64,000 bases of DNA from Octopus sinensis (GCF_006345805.1 NC_042998.1:106082001-106146000); one strand, 5' to 3'; numbered from the stretch's first letter, positions 1 to 13,482 are shown. Numbers and translations: made by a program. Notes: generated from the sequence alone by a model not told the origin.

Positions 1-34
<34 letters not shown>
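1..34. repeat. (TC)n microsatellite
   Basis: Pure TC dinucleotide run at the window start. Confidence 0.95.
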
Positions 35-39
<5 letters not shown>

Positions 40-997
40 GTTTGTAGGTTGACATCACCCACATCCTCCCACCAATTTCATGGCCTTGTGCCAAGGCAAA
101 AACAAATAAATTAAAACCATACATGTATGTGACATTTACTAGACTTACCACTATGAATAATATCCAATGATGTAGCCATAATTAGAGATTTATATATTGC
201 TAATTATTTTCTATAATGATTCAGTGTAGTCTAAAGTAAACAAATGTAGGAAATTTCCAAATTCATGGTTCATTATTGACTATATTTTGTTTATTTATCA
301 GTTTCCTTTTTGGATGTCTTTCAAATACGTAATATAAAGATTTTCATCATTGTCATCATTTAACTCTTACCATACGGCTTCAGCACAAACTTCTTAACCA
401 AATACCCATGCCTGTATACACACAAACACAGGCATATATATATATATGGGAAGTACACTTCTTGGTTACATAGCCATGCTTGGTATGCAGACAAGAATGT
501 TATATTGGTAAAGGTTTTTACTATATAGCTGCTCCTGTTGCATAATTCAAATATACATTTCTCTAAGCATTAAATATTAACTTTGCTACACATGCACTTT
601 TTGTCAGAAATACATGTCAATTACAGTCTAGAAATGAGTTTTTTCATGCAGATTGTCTGTAAGGAAAATTTTACTCCCAAGACAGTTTCCACAGTGGAAG
701 AATCCCAAGAGGTGTTGTACAATCTTAGATTAATAGAGAAAGCAAACTTTGGGTGTCCATAGATTTCATTCAGTACATCATACAAAAATGTATACCTACA
801 CCTTTCCTGTATATCAAGTAGGACCATTTTCTGAAGGAACAAGAGGCCTATCCATTTACCTGCTTTCCAGCATTTTGGTAATTGCCAAGTTGACTTTAAG
901 GCCCTTTGATTCCAAGTGTTACTTGTACTATAGCCTTGGGTTGATTAGTGCCTTATGAGAATTTAGTAGATGGAAACTTTATGGAAGCCTGTCATGT

Positions 998-1030
998 GTG
1001 TATGTGCATGTGTATATGTGTGTGTATGTA

Positions 1031-1075
<45 letters not shown>

Positions 1076-1093
1076 GTGTGTGTGTGTGTGTGT

Positions 1094-1151
<58 letters not shown>

Positions 1152-1219
1152 GATGGATGGATGGATGGAAGGAAGGAAGGAGGAAGGAAGGAAGGAAGGA
1201 AGGAAGGAAGGAAGGAAGG
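998..1219. repeat. Compound microsatellite (TG/TATG/GGAT/GGAA)
   Basis: Directly visible runs; they explain the CV/HT/KEGR ORFs at 948-1342. Confidence 0.95.
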
Positions 1220-2240
1220 AATTATTCAGTTTTGTTTCAAGATTTTTTGCCAGTAGCAAAAAAGCCAGTTTCTAACCTAAATCCAAGGCTTCATCATTGG
1301 AATTTCAACATCAAAAGGGTATTTTCGCATGTATGTGTGTAAATGTGCAGTATTTGGAATCAGTGCATGTAAAGATTTGTATGCATTGTTTTATGTATGT
1401 ATATTTATTCATATAGTTGCATGTATTCTTATGCACATATTGTTGCATATCTAGATATGTGCATATATACTTAAGTGCTAAACTTCTGGAAAATTTTTAA
1501 GATTTTTACAGTTTCAGTGATAGTTTCCTTCTCTAATCTTTGAATCAGCTTTCTTCTTTCTGGTTTTGGGAAGCCTAATTTCTCAAGATTGGTACTTAGG
1601 CAGTGTGTTACATATCCCAGTGATTCAATAATTACAGGTATAAACCTGAACTTGTAATCTGGGTAGAGTAATTGTTACTATCATTTCGGAGCTTTCTGCT
1701 ATCATATCCATGTTATCTACTGATATACGTTCATCTTTTGATCTCATAACACATTGTAGTAAAGTTGTACAGCTTCTTTGGGCATGTATTCATGGTTATC
1801 AGACAACGGATGTGGTTCAAGAAGCTACTTACCAAGCCTCATGATGTTATCTGATTCATATATACAAACTTAGTCAAGGGATGCACTTCAATGCTTGGCG
1901 GTTAAAAGATGTTGCCAAAGGAATATGATATGACATTCAAAGGTAATCTGAATCAATGTTAAGCCTCTGCCTCCTTGTTTTCATTTTAGGTAGTGGTGGT
2001 CTACATTGTTATTGATGTGATCCAATCAAGTGTCCAATCAAGTAGTTAAAATGTTAGCATGAATACTTGTATTGCAAACACATTGTGAGCCACTGTTTTA
2101 TTAAATTTATCCCATTCTAGTATTCTTGAGTGATATGTGCCTTGTTGTAGGTCCCATCAAAAGATATGTTTTCATCTACCCCTAGGTAATGTATGTTGGT
2201 ACTCTTTCTCTTTCCTAGTTTAGAATATATTTTGACCGGC
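1220..2240 (-). mobile_element. Dong/R4-clade (RLE) non-LTR retrotransposon, degenerate 3' fragment, copy A
   Basis: Minus-strand translation across frameshifts: YLGVDENISFDGTYNKAHITQEY, GGRG-like LTLIQITFECH, and C-terminus YPDYKFRFIPVIIESLGYVTHCLSTNLEKLGF...KIFQKFST* (stop 1471-1473). A 3' UTR follows and ends at the microsatellite. Confidence 0.75.
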
Positions 2241-2269
2241 CACCTGCTTTGTTTTAACCATCTTCCTTT

Positions 2270-3265
2270 AAATCTTTAACTGGTCTTGCAAATTTTTATA
2301 GACCCAGATATCATGATTGCTTGTAACAGTTGAATTAAGGATTTGTGTTCTCTCCCCAAGATCCCAAGTTCAATCATACTTTGCTCCAGATGGGCCAAAA
2401 TTTGTAATTCAGGTATAGCAGCTGGAGTTTTGAAGTAGTCGTCCATAGTCATCTACTTACTCTTTGATTTTCAAAGAGATAGTCACATCAGCAGGACAGC
2501 TGACCTCTATGATGGCACATACTTTTTCTTGTCTGTTCCAAACATCAATACCCCACACCCTGTTATGCTTACACTTGACAATGTTTTGATGGGAATGTTC
2601 TGCCAGTATTCTTTGTACTGGTATTTGTGTATGTATTCAATAACAGGGTGTTCTCTATATTTATACTAGGACAACCTTTTCTCCAAAGAGCATTGTATAT
2701 TGTTTTTGCGACATTATGTCGCATAGGGAGGTAGTACCTTGATGACATTTTTGGGCAGCTGCTAATCCCATGTGTGATGTCTTCAACATAAATATAACAT
2801 AATCTACATTAACAGTTGCATCTTGAAATTCCAAGAGCTTCATTGTCTTTTTTGTTGATAAGGTATCTAGTTGCACAGCCTTCAAAGTGTGATGTGATGT
2901 AGTAGTCATAAGTCCAACAGAGGTTTCGCTTCATCTCAATGCTACTATCTTCTTCAATTCTATAAGAAACATACTCATGCATGTCTTTTTTGGAATGCTG
3001 AACATTTCACTTCCAGGTCTTTTTGAGGTATGCTAGTCAGGCTGATTTAGGGTTATATGGGAGGTCATCAGGAAGAGAGTACTTCCTGAGGAGTTCACTT
3101 CCAACATGTAGGATATTGTTTCCTTCACTTTTCAGCAATAAGTTAATGTATTTAATTTTGCTGCTGTTGTTTAGCAAGTGCTGTCTCAGAGAGACTGTGG
3201 AATATTCAAAGGCTGTCTGCACTGATCTTAAGCCACTACCTCCTTTATCTCTGCTTAAGTCAAGC
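2270..3265 (-). mobile_element. Dong/R4-clade (RLE) non-LTR retrotransposon, degenerate 3' fragment, copy B
   Basis: LSRDKGGSGLRSV, zinc knuckle CRLCYIYVEDITHGISSCPKMSSRYYLPMRHN, and RLE core KCKHNR...IDVWNRQEKVCAIIEVSCPADV; many stops and frameshifts. Confidence 0.85.
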
Positions 3266-3468
3266 ATGTATGTATGTATGTATGTATGTATGTATGTATG
3301 TATGTATGTATGTATGTATGTATGTATGTATGTATGTATGTATGCATGCATGCATGCATGCATGCATGCATGCATGTATGTATGTATGTATGTATGTATG
3401 TATGTATGTATGTATGTATGTATGTATGTATGCATGCATGCATGTATGTATGTATGTATGTATGTATG

Positions 3469-3499
<31 letters not shown>

Positions 3500-3548
3500 G
3501 TATGTATGTATGTATGTATGTATGTATGTATGTATGTATGTATGTATG
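3266..3548. repeat. (TATG)n/(CATG)n tetranucleotide microsatellite
   Basis: About 280-bp run; source of the MYVC/HTYI ORFs. Confidence 0.95.
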
Positions 3549-3640
3549 TCTCAATTTAGTTTTATTTCAACATTTCTTGCCAATAGAGAAAGAGCCAGTT
3601 TCTAACCTAGATCCAAAGCTCCGTCATTGAAATTTTGTTC
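3549..3640 (-). mobile_element. Dong/R4 3'-terminal segment (copy C), interrupted by an RTE; resumes at ~4356-4400
   Basis: Matches 1220-1310 (ttgccaatagagaaagagccagtttctaacctagatccaa). The continuation aacagggtattttt lies right after the RTE tail. Confidence 0.65.
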
Positions 3641-3644
3641 TATT

Positions 3645-4355
3645 GGATGTGTAATACCAGTGCACATACATCACAGAATGTAAGTGCTGAGAGAAAAGTT
3701 GGACATAAGAAGCAGCAGATGTGGTGTGCAAGAGAGATAACTGCACTGGTATAGTCATGTGTTGTGTATGGATGAGGACAGCTGTGTGAAGAAGTGTCAC
3801 ACCCTAACAGTGGAGGGAACCTATGGAAGACGTAGACCCAGAAAGACATGGGATGAGGTGGTGAAGCACGACCTTCGAACGTCGGGCCTCACAGAGGCAA
3901 CGACAAGTCGCATAGACCTATGGGGATATGCCGGCTTGCAAAGACCCGGCAAGCCAAGTGAGGTCATATCCATGGCCAGTGCCAGTGTCACCTAACTGGC
4001 CAATTTAAAGCATCCTTCAATCGTCAGGCAATATACCGTGCTTGTGAAGACCTGTTGAACCAAGTGAAATCATAGTCATGGCTGATGCCAGTGCCACCTG
4101 ACTGGCACGTAAAAAGCACCGTTCAAGTATGGCCAATGCCTGTGCCACCTGACTGGCACCTGTGCTGGTGGCATGTAAAATGCAGCCACTACATTGTCAG
4201 AATGGTTGGCGTTAGGAAGGGCATCCAGCTGTAGAAACCTTGCCAAATCAGATTAGAGCCTGGTGCAGCCTCCCAGCTTGCCAGCTCTCTGTCAAACCGT
4301 CCAACCCATGCCAGCATGGAAAGTGGACGTTAAACAACGATGATGATGACGATGA
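3645..4355 (+). mobile_element. RTE-clade LINE, 5'-truncated 3' end
   Basis: VEGTYGRRRPRKTWDEVVKHDLRT, 3' UTR with TAGGAAGGGCATCCAGCTGTAGAAAC, and a (GAT)n tail. Confidence 0.9.
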
Positions 4356-4424
4356 CCAACAGGGTATTTTTGTATGGATGGATGTATGTAGTATGTATGT
4401 AAACATGTGGTATCTTTGTGGCTA

Positions 4425-4625
4425 CATTTGTCCACCACCACCACCATCACTAGACAACCAGTGTTGGCTTGCTTACATCCCTGAAACTTAGCAGTTTGGC
4501 AAAAGAAACTGTTAGAATAAGTAGCACACTTCAAAATAAATACTAGGGTTGATTTGTAGCTCTAAAATACTTCAAGACAGTGCATCAACATGGCTGTGCA
4601 TTCCAATGACCAAAACAAATAAAAA
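4425..4625 (+). mobile_element. SINE family A, diverged 3' half
   Basis: Similar to the 3' half of 55951-56361. Confidence 0.55.
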
Positions 4626-4932
4626 ACAAATGAAACAAGTTTGGAATCCTGAAATATTTGGAGACAGCTTTTGTCTAATATTGATCTTTATTTTCTATAT
4701 TTATCTTCTTATATACGAGTTGGACAATGAAAAGAAAACCATAAACAAATAAATAAAAAAGTAGATGAAAGAATTTACTGATACACAAATCTCTTATATA
4801 GGCATTTACTGTTGGTTTTGGAAATTTTATGGTGATATAAAATGATGCCAATTTTCTGGTTCTTTTTATTTTATTTATCTTTCTAAATTCCTTTGGTTCG
4901 TTTTTAATTACAGAACTATTGTGTACATAAAT

Positions 4933-4966
<34 letters not shown>

Positions 4967-5121
4967 ACTGTTGCGACTGTTGTTCACATTTTTCTTGATC
5001 CTTCAAGCTGGAAGCGGTAAGCTGTTTGGATGGCTGTTGTGAGCATTAACATTGTTTATATATGATACACACACACACACTTATATATATATACACGCAC
5101 ACATTCATATGTATGTGTAAG

Positions 5122-5171
<50 letters not shown>

Positions 5172-5172
5172 C

Positions 5173-5205
<33 letters not shown>

Positions 5206-6326
5206 TACACTCATATACATACATATATACACATATTGCACAAATTCATATGTATGTTTATGTGTACATATATATATATACATATTTATATGTGTATAGA
5301 TAGATATAGATATTATTCACACACATATCAGGTTTGGGATATATGCATATGAATATGATGTCTGAGTTTGTGTCTATATCCTAGTATGTGTGTGTGTGTG
5401 TGCGCGCACACACATGCATATACACACGCACACAGAACACGTATACACACACGTAATACAGATACATTCATATCTCAATTCTTACTATTGAGAAAATCCT
5501 CCAACTGCAAACTCAATGGCTTCAATTGTATCCAAATATTTGAAATAGTAAACAAAAGTTCAAAACCTTCACATATAGAATGAATAACACAAAAGCAATA
5601 TGGAACACTATATTGCAGGTATATATTGGGATTGAGAGTAAAAATATGGAAGACGTAGAAAGCAGTATATATTGAAATCAGAAAATTATTTTGTTTTATA
5701 GTTCATAGTTACCATGAGTGATAGCCTATTTCCTAGAATTACTACATGCATAATACATTTTCCATTCTCATTAACAAACAATAACTGACGGTGCTATATC
5801 TAAATGCATGTATCCATCCTTACACACACACACATACACAGATAGACAAACAGGTAGGCAGGCAGGAAAGCAGAGAGATTAACAGACAGATAGATAGATA
5901 TCTGCTTATATGCATGTTGGTATGTATTATTGTCAATCTTCATCGTCATGGTAATCTTTTAAAATCCATCTTCCATGCTGGCATGGATTGGACACTTTGA
6001 CAAAATCCAATGGTCCTGAGGATTGCATCTTGTTCCAATGATAACTTTAGCATGATTTCTATAACTGGATGCTGCAGAAAACCTGGAATAGAGAGGGCAT
6101 GTCATTGATGTGGTTGGGAATTGCAACCTGATCAATGAAAAACTTAACTGACTGAATAATTAACTGGTCTATTAATCAGATACTCAATTATAGAACTAGT
6201 GCGAGTGTTTATTATTGGCATAACGATCCACCCAAGATATAACAAAGTTTGTTTCAACACACAAGTTCACATCGAGAATCTTGCAAAACAAATACAACAT
6301 TGCAAAACAAATACAATATATGTATC

Positions 6327-6720
6327 GTCATCATCATCATCATCATCATTGTTTAATGTCCATTTGCCATGCTGACATGGGTTGGACGGTTTGATTGGAG
6401 ACTGGCAAGCCAGGAGGCTACACCAGGCTCCAATCTGATCTGGCAATATTTCTACAGCTGGATGCCCTTCCTAATATCAACCATTCTGAGAGTGTAGTGG
6501 GTGCTTTTTACATGCCACCGTCATGGAAGCCAGTCAGGCAGCACTGGCATCACCCATGTTCAGATGATGTTTTTTACGTGCTACCAGCACAGAAGCCAGT
6601 CGGGGCAGGTGGATGCTTATTAATGGTGCTTATTGCATGACACCAGCATGGGAGCCAATCAGGTGGCAGTGGCATCGGCCACAACTACAATTTCCATTTT
6701 TGATTTTGATTTGATTCAGA
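6327..6720 (-). mobile_element. RTE 3' UTR fragment
   Basis: (CAT)n tail followed by the reverse complement of the conserved RTE terminus (ctggatgcccttcctaa). Confidence 0.85.
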
Positions 6721-6918
6721 TTCTAATTGTGATTTTGATTTTTATTTTTTATTTTACTTGACTCAATATGTATATATTGAGTATATATATATACATTTAT
6801 ATAAGTATATATATGTATATATGTATATACATGTATATATGTATATACATGTATATATGTATATATATATGTATATACATGTATATATGTATATATATGT
6901 ATATATGTAATTACATGT

Positions 6919-9478
6919 ATCATCATCATCATCATCATCATTTAACGTCCGCTTTCCATGCTAGCATGGGTTGGACGGTTCAACTGGGGTCTGGGGAGCC
7001 CGAAGGCTGCACCAGGTCAGTCAGATCTGGCAGTGTTTCTACAGCTGGATGCCCTTCCTAACGCCAGCCACTCCGAGAGTGTAGTGGGTGATTTTATGTG
7101 CCACTGACACAGGTGCCAGACAAGGCTAGCAGACGACCACGTTCGTATGGTGTTTTTATGTGCCACCGACACAGGTGCCAGACGAGGCTGGCGAACGGCC
7201 ACGCTCGGATGGTGTTTTTATGTGCCACCGACACAGGTGCCAGACAAGGCTAGCAGACGACCACGCTCGGATGGTGTTTTTTATGTGCCACCGACACAGG
7301 TGCCAGACGAGGCTGGCGAATGGCCACGCTCGGATGGTGTTTTTATGTGCCACCGACACAGGTGCCAGACAAGGCTAGCAGACGACACGCTCGGATGGTG
7401 TTTTTATGTGCCACCGACACAGGAGCCAGATTAGGCTGGCGATCGGCCACGATTGGATGGTGATTGTTACGTGCCCACAGCATGGAGGCCAGTCGGTGCG
7501 GGGTACTGGCTACGGCCACGTTCGGATGGTTATCTTGTGTGCCACCGGCACTGGTACACAAAGATACAAATCCATTGATGTTCATCTATTTTGATTTTGT
7601 TTGATTTTCACTTGCCTCCAGGTCTTCACAAGTGTCACAAGAAGGAAGGTATGCACAGGTGGACTGACTACGTCCCAGGTAGGGGCCACGGGTTATGGCC
7701 TGACTAGTCTTGCGGGTCTTCTCAACACAGCATACTTCCATAGGTCTCGATCTCTAGTCATTTCCTTGGTGAGACCTAAAGTTCGTAGGTCGTGCTTTCA
7801 CCACTTCGTCCCAGGTTTTCCTGGGTCTACCTCTTCCACAGGTTCCCTCAACTGCTAGGGTGTAGCACTTTTGCACACAACTATCTTCAGCCATTCTCGT
7901 CATATGACCATACCAGCGCAGCCGTCTCTCTTGCACACCACAACTGACGCTTCTTAGGTTCAACTTTTCTCTCAAGGTACTTACACTCTGACGATTATGA
8001 ACACTGACATTACACATCCATCGGAGCATACTGGCTTCATTTCTTGTGAGCTTACGCATATCCTCAGCAGTCACGGCCCATGTTTCACTACCATGTAGCA
8101 TGGCTGTACGTACACATGCATCATAAAGTCTGCCTTTTTACTCTGAGCGAGAGGCCTTTTGTCACCAGCAGGGGTAAGAGCTCTCTAAACTTTGCCCAGG
8201 CTATTCTTACTCTAGCAGTTACACTTTCAGCACACCCACCCCCGCTATGACTTGGTCTCGTAGGTAGCGGAAGCTATCAACTACTTCTAGTTTGTCTCCC
8301 TGGAACGTGGTAGTGGTAGAAGTGGTCTCTGCACATTTCAGTGTTTATTTCTCCTGAGCATCTGCCACATACGAAAACTATCTTCCAGTTAGCCTACCTT
8401 TGACATTGCTGCACCTCTTATGTGTCCATAGCTTACACTTGGTGCACCTTATAGAGTTTCTACCTACACTTTTTTACAGATCGAGCAGGGCCATCTACCT
8501 GAAGTCGTTTGTGGTTGGTCCACCTTCCTACTTATTAGGACTTTGGTTTTGGCTAGGTTGATTCTAAGGCCTTCGATTCTAATCCTTGTTTCCACACCTG
8601 AAACTTCTCCTCCAGTTCTGATAGTGACTCAGCAATTAGAGCAAGGTCATCAGCATAGAGGAGCCCCCAGGGGCATCCTGTCTCTAAAATTCTTCCGTTA
8701 TTGCCTGGAGGACTATGATAATAGGAGGGGGTGAGGACTGAACCTTGGTGGACCCCAACCTCTACCCGGAATTCTTCACTGTACTCGTTGCCAACCTCAC
8801 CTTACTAGCAGCGTCTCTGTACATGGCTCGCACAGCTCTCACTAACCATCATCTATCCCTAGTTTCCTCATTGACCACCAGATAAGGGATCGGGGGACCC
8901 TGTCAAAGGCTTTCTCCAAGTCAACAAAAGCCAGGTACAAGGGCTTACCTTTGGCTAGGTATTTCTCCTGCAGCTGTCTTACCAGGAATATAGCATCAGT
9001 AGTACTTTTCCCTGGCACGAAACCAAACTGCATATCATCTAAGCTAACCCTCTCTCTAATTAACTGGGCTATAACCCTCTCCGTAACCTTCATTACTGAT
9101 CCAACAGCTTGATGCCCCTGTAGTTATTTGTATCTAGGGCATCGCCTTTACCTTGTAGCAGTTGACTATTATGCTGCTACACTCATTTGGGTATGACTCC
9201 TTCGTGTATCACCTGGTTAGCTATACGGGTGACTATGCTATAGCCGACACTACCAGATATTTTGAGCATCTCTGCAGTAATTTCTGATGGGCCTGGGGCT
9301 TTCCCTGTCTTCATGCTTCTAATTGCCTTAGCTACCACGGAACTATCAACTCGGATAGCTGGTCCCTCTGTTGGGTCAACATTCGGCAGACTCTCTTTAT
9401 CCCATTCATTTTCCTCATTCAGCAACCTTTCATAGTGGCGTCTCCAAGCTTCTCTCTTTGCATCCTCATTTAGCGCAA
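6919..9478 (-). mobile_element. RTE-clade LINE, 5'-truncated (~2.6 kb), frameshifted RT
   Basis: QFGFVPGKSTTDAIF, AFVDLEKAFDRVPR, YADD at ~8650, MLHGSETW, GRGRPRKTW, tandem-repeat 3' UTR and (GAT)n tail. Confidence 0.95.
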
Positions 9479-9559
9479 TATATATTAATATATATATGTA
9501 TGTATGTATGTATGTATATACATGTAATATGTATATATGTATATACAAGTAGTTGATTG

Positions 9560-9690
9560 AGGTGTATTCTGTTGAGGTGTGGTCTGAGGCTATAGCAGAA
9601 GACACATGCCAGTCACCACACAGTGGGATTGAACCAAGGACCATGTGTTTTGGAACCAAGTTTGTTACCATACAGCCACACCTGCACCTA
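9560..9690 (-). mobile_element. SINE family A, 5' head fragment
   Basis: Reverse complement of the tRNA-like head (ggtgtggctgtatggt...ggttcaatcccactgtgtgg). Confidence 0.7.
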
Positions 9691-9716
9691 TGTATATATG
9701 TGTGTATGGGTGTATA

Positions 9717-12662
9717 TACTTTGATACTTTGATACTTTGATAGGTTTCGGCCATTATTGGCCCAGGCCATGTCTAACTTAATAGCACCACCTGGTGAAGT
9801 CTTTCAAGTCAGAATTTGGGCACTATGGCCCACTCAAGTAGAGAGTTATTGTTACAGAGACATATCTCGGGTGTAGGGGGTTATCCGGGATTTCTTGTAG
9901 GAATCTGTCCAGAGACTTCTTGAACCCTATAGGGTCAGTTTCTGTTTTAATGTGTTTTGGTGTAATGTTAAAGAGAGCGGGGCCAATTGAGGTGAAATAA
10001 TTGTGCCGTATTGTTGTTATGAGATGAGAGTGCGATTTTTGTTTTGGGCAGATGGCACGGGGCCCAAGCCTTGGATGTACCTTAAAGGTGATGCCAACAT
10101 CATTTGAGCAATGCTGATGGAATATTTTCCACATCATGCAGATGATGTAGCGCTCACGACGATGTTGGAGAGAATAAAGCTTTAGCTTTTCTAGTCGGCC
10201 CCAATAGTCGAGGCCTGTCATGCCATCTATCTTTTTTGTGATTGCCCTTTGAGGTGCTTCAACTTTTATGATACCTTTTATTGTGTGGGGAGACCACAGT
10301 GGACAACAGTATTCAAGGTGGGGTCGGGCAAAAGTGGAGAAGAGAAGGATAATGGTGTGGATATCTCTCGACTGGAAAGTTCTGAGAATCCAGGAACACA
10401 TTCTGCGGGCCATGTCAACTTTGGTGTTTATATGAGTGGCCCAGCTTATGGTTGTTGTCCACAATTACTCCCAAGTCTCTGATGTTGTTGGACGCCGCGA
10501 GAGTTTCACCTGAAGGAAGGGAGTATGGAGTTTCAGGGCATCCTCTTTTCCAAAGTGGATTAACTCAAATTTATCCTCGTTCAGCAGCATATTGTTTTTT
10601 TCTGCCCATTGGATAACAGCCAGTAGATCTGACTGAAGGCATGTCCGGTCACTCGCCTCATTTATGACCTTCTGTAGCTTGGAATCATCTGCAAAGATTT
10701 TATGTTGCTGTGCTTGATGATGTCATTAATGTCATTAATGTAAATGATGAAAAGAAGTGGGCCCAGCACAGTGCCTTGCGGAACGCCACTACTGACTTTG
10801 GCTGGGCTTGATTTTACCCCTTCAACTACAACATGTTGAGATCTGTCTGTCAGGAAACACTTGATCCATTTCAGTAACTTTCCAGAGACACCAACGTTGG
10901 ATAGTTTTTTCAATAGGATCTTGTGATCGACCCTGCCGAAGGCCTTACTGAAATCAAGGTAGATGACATCGGTGTTGGAGCCCTCTCCCAAAGCTCTCAA
11001 AATGTCATGAAGTGATGCAGGAGCTGCGTTAGGCAGTCCCTTCCATTACGGAACCCATGTTGGTTAGAGATCAGCCGTCTGTTGCTTTCCAGAAATGGGT
11101 TATTCGAGATCTCACCACCCTCTCAAATACCTTGATGATATGAGAGGTGAGTGAGATCGGACGGTAGTTCACTGCAAGGGACTTGTTTCCCTTTTTGAAA
11201 ACTGGGACAACAGACTGGGACAGAAGGTTTTTTGGAATATAGCCAGCATCCAGTGAGTTTCTCCACAGATTAGCAAGGGGATATGCAAATTGGTGTCGAC
11301 ACACCTTCAGGACACAAGCAGGGAACCTATTGGGGCCTACTGCTGAATTGTGTTTTATTTCGTTTATCGCCGCTAAGACATCAGGGGCACTAAACGTTAT
11401 GTCTGATATAGTGTGTTGGGGGTTGACATCACTGATACAGCCCAGATCGGCCATATCAGGATTGCTGAAAACAGAGCAGTATTGTTTCTGCAGTATCTCG
11501 GCCATGGATTTGGCATTATCTTGGAGAGTGCCAGTTTCATCAATTAGAGGGCCAACAATGGAGACAGTGACCCTGCGTTTCCTCGCAAATGAAAAGAACA
11601 CTTTGGGGTTGAGTTTGATTCTTTCAATGGCCCACTTCCCCTCAGCTGATCTTTGGTTATTGATGAGGGTCTTCATGCATTGTTGGAGGTTATATTTTTC
11701 GGATTCAAGCAGTGCGATAGCCGTCGAATGTGTGTGTGCTGTGGCAGTACTTTAGTTTGTTAATTTTTTGTTTGTTCTTTTTATTTTTCTGATAATGGTT
11801 TTTCTGTTTTGGGGGATTCTGCACTTTTTGTTCACAGGTCTTGGTGGGGAGTGTTTTGCACATATGTCTGTGACGGTGTCTACAAAGATCTGCCAGGATG
11901 TTTTATGGTTGGTGGAGATGTGTGTATGTGTAAAGGACCAGTCAACATGTGATAGCTCGTTCCTGATTGCATCCCAGTTGGCATTATGGAGATCCATGTT
12001 GTCAAATGGGTGGGCTGGAGGGAGGTCACTAGGTTTAGCTTTCGGCTGGTGGAATTTCATGTTACAGAGAACCATGTCATGGTCTGAAAGAAGGGTTTTT
12101 TCCACTGTAACGTTATGTATAGTGTTAGTGTGGTTACTAAACACTAGGTCCAAAATGTTCTGATGTCTTGTTGGTGCAAGGGCAAGTTGGGACAAGAAAA
12201 ACTCATTCGTAAAGTCGAAAAGTGACTCTGCTGCTTCTTTGTCAGCGGTTGAGGCGGGAGTGCTTGGTTTCAAACAATTTGTAGTCCAGTCAACACAGGG
12301 TAGATTGAAGTCTCCCATCATGAGTAGGTTGCTAGAATGGCACTGTTGAATAAAGCACTTAATGCTGTTGAGGCATTCTTTAAAGCACAGTATGGGTGTT
12401 TGGGGCGGCCTATAGAGCCCAATTACTGTCAGGTCATTGGCTTTGTTGTGCACGGTGACTGATTCCAGTAGTAGCTGTTGGAGAATATACTATTTCCATC
12501 TGCCGTAAACGAATCATGCAGAAAAATGGCAGTTCCACCCTTCCTTCTGCCGATACGATCCGCGCAGATGGTTGTGAAATTCTTCACTCTCACTTCGGCT
12601 TCCAAGTGGGAGTTGTCAAGGTGGGTCTCGGTGAGAATGAAGAAAGGGATGTGGTGTGGATG
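9717..12662 (-). mobile_element. CR1-group LINE ORF2 (APE endonuclease + RT), disrupted, ~2.9 kb
   Basis: LTETHL, GLYRPP, GDFNLP, ILDLVF and SDHD (APE); YRPISLTSH, YLDFSKAFGRVDH and GVPQGTVLGPLLF (RT); (ATCAAAGT)n tail at 9717-9742. Confidence 0.95.
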
Positions 12663-12716
12663 CATGTTATATATGCATATATATTGTGTATATATATGTG
12701 TACATATTACATAGAC

Positions 12717-12757
<41 letters not shown>

Positions 12758-12858
12758 TATATACATCACATAACATTCTATATCTATATATATGTATATA
12801 GCTATACATATACATGCATACATATACATCTATCTATCTATATATATATATATATACA

Positions 12859-12909
<51 letters not shown>

Positions 12910-12924
12910 ATATGTATATATATA

Positions 12925-13482
12925 AATCAAACCAAATCAAAATAGATGAACATCAATGGAATTTGTATCCTTGTGGTACCGGTGCCGGTGGCACATAAGA
13001 AGCCGGTGGCACATAAGAAGCCGGTGGCACATAAGAAGCCGGTGGCACATAAGAAAACCATCTGAACGTGACCGTATCCAGTACCGCATCGACTGGCCTC
13101 CGTGCTGAGGGCACGTAACAAACACCATCCGAGCGTGGCCGTTCGCCAGCCTCGTCTGGCACCTGTGTCGGTGACGCATAAGAAAACACCATCCGAGCGT
13201 GGCCGTCTGCCAGCCTCGTCTGGCACCTGTGTCGGTGGCACATAAAAAACACCATCCGAGCGTGGCCGTCTGCCAGCCTCATCTGGCACCTGTGTCGGTG
13301 GCACATAAAATCACCCACTACACTCTCGGAGTGGTTGGCGTTAGGAAGGGCATCCAGCTGTAGAAACACTGCCAGATCTGACTGGTCTGGTGCAGCCTTC
13401 GGGCTTGCCAGACCCCAGTTGAACCGTCCAACCCATGCTAGCATGGAAAGCGGACGTTAAACGATGATGATGATGATGATGA
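12925..13482 (+). mobile_element. RTE 3' UTR (young copy)
   Basis: Near-identical reverse complement of 6919-7620; (GAT)n tail. Confidence 0.92.

Noticed and set aside
621-958. 73-aa and 69-aa ORFs in non-repetitive sequence
   Set aside because: No recognisable motif or convincing splice pair; the length is attainable by chance.
948-1342. ORFs rich in CV/HT/YI/MYVC repeats here and throughout the window
   Set aside because: They are translations of microsatellites in several frames, not proteins.
4995-5040. Possible 9-bp micro-exon (tcaag|CTGGAAGCG|gtaagc)
   Set aside because: Splice-like signals this short occur by chance, and there is no supporting context.
7100-7440. CRISPR-like regular repeats
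   Set aside because: Contiguous tandem units with no unique spacers, inside an RTE 3' UTR, in eukaryotic DNA.
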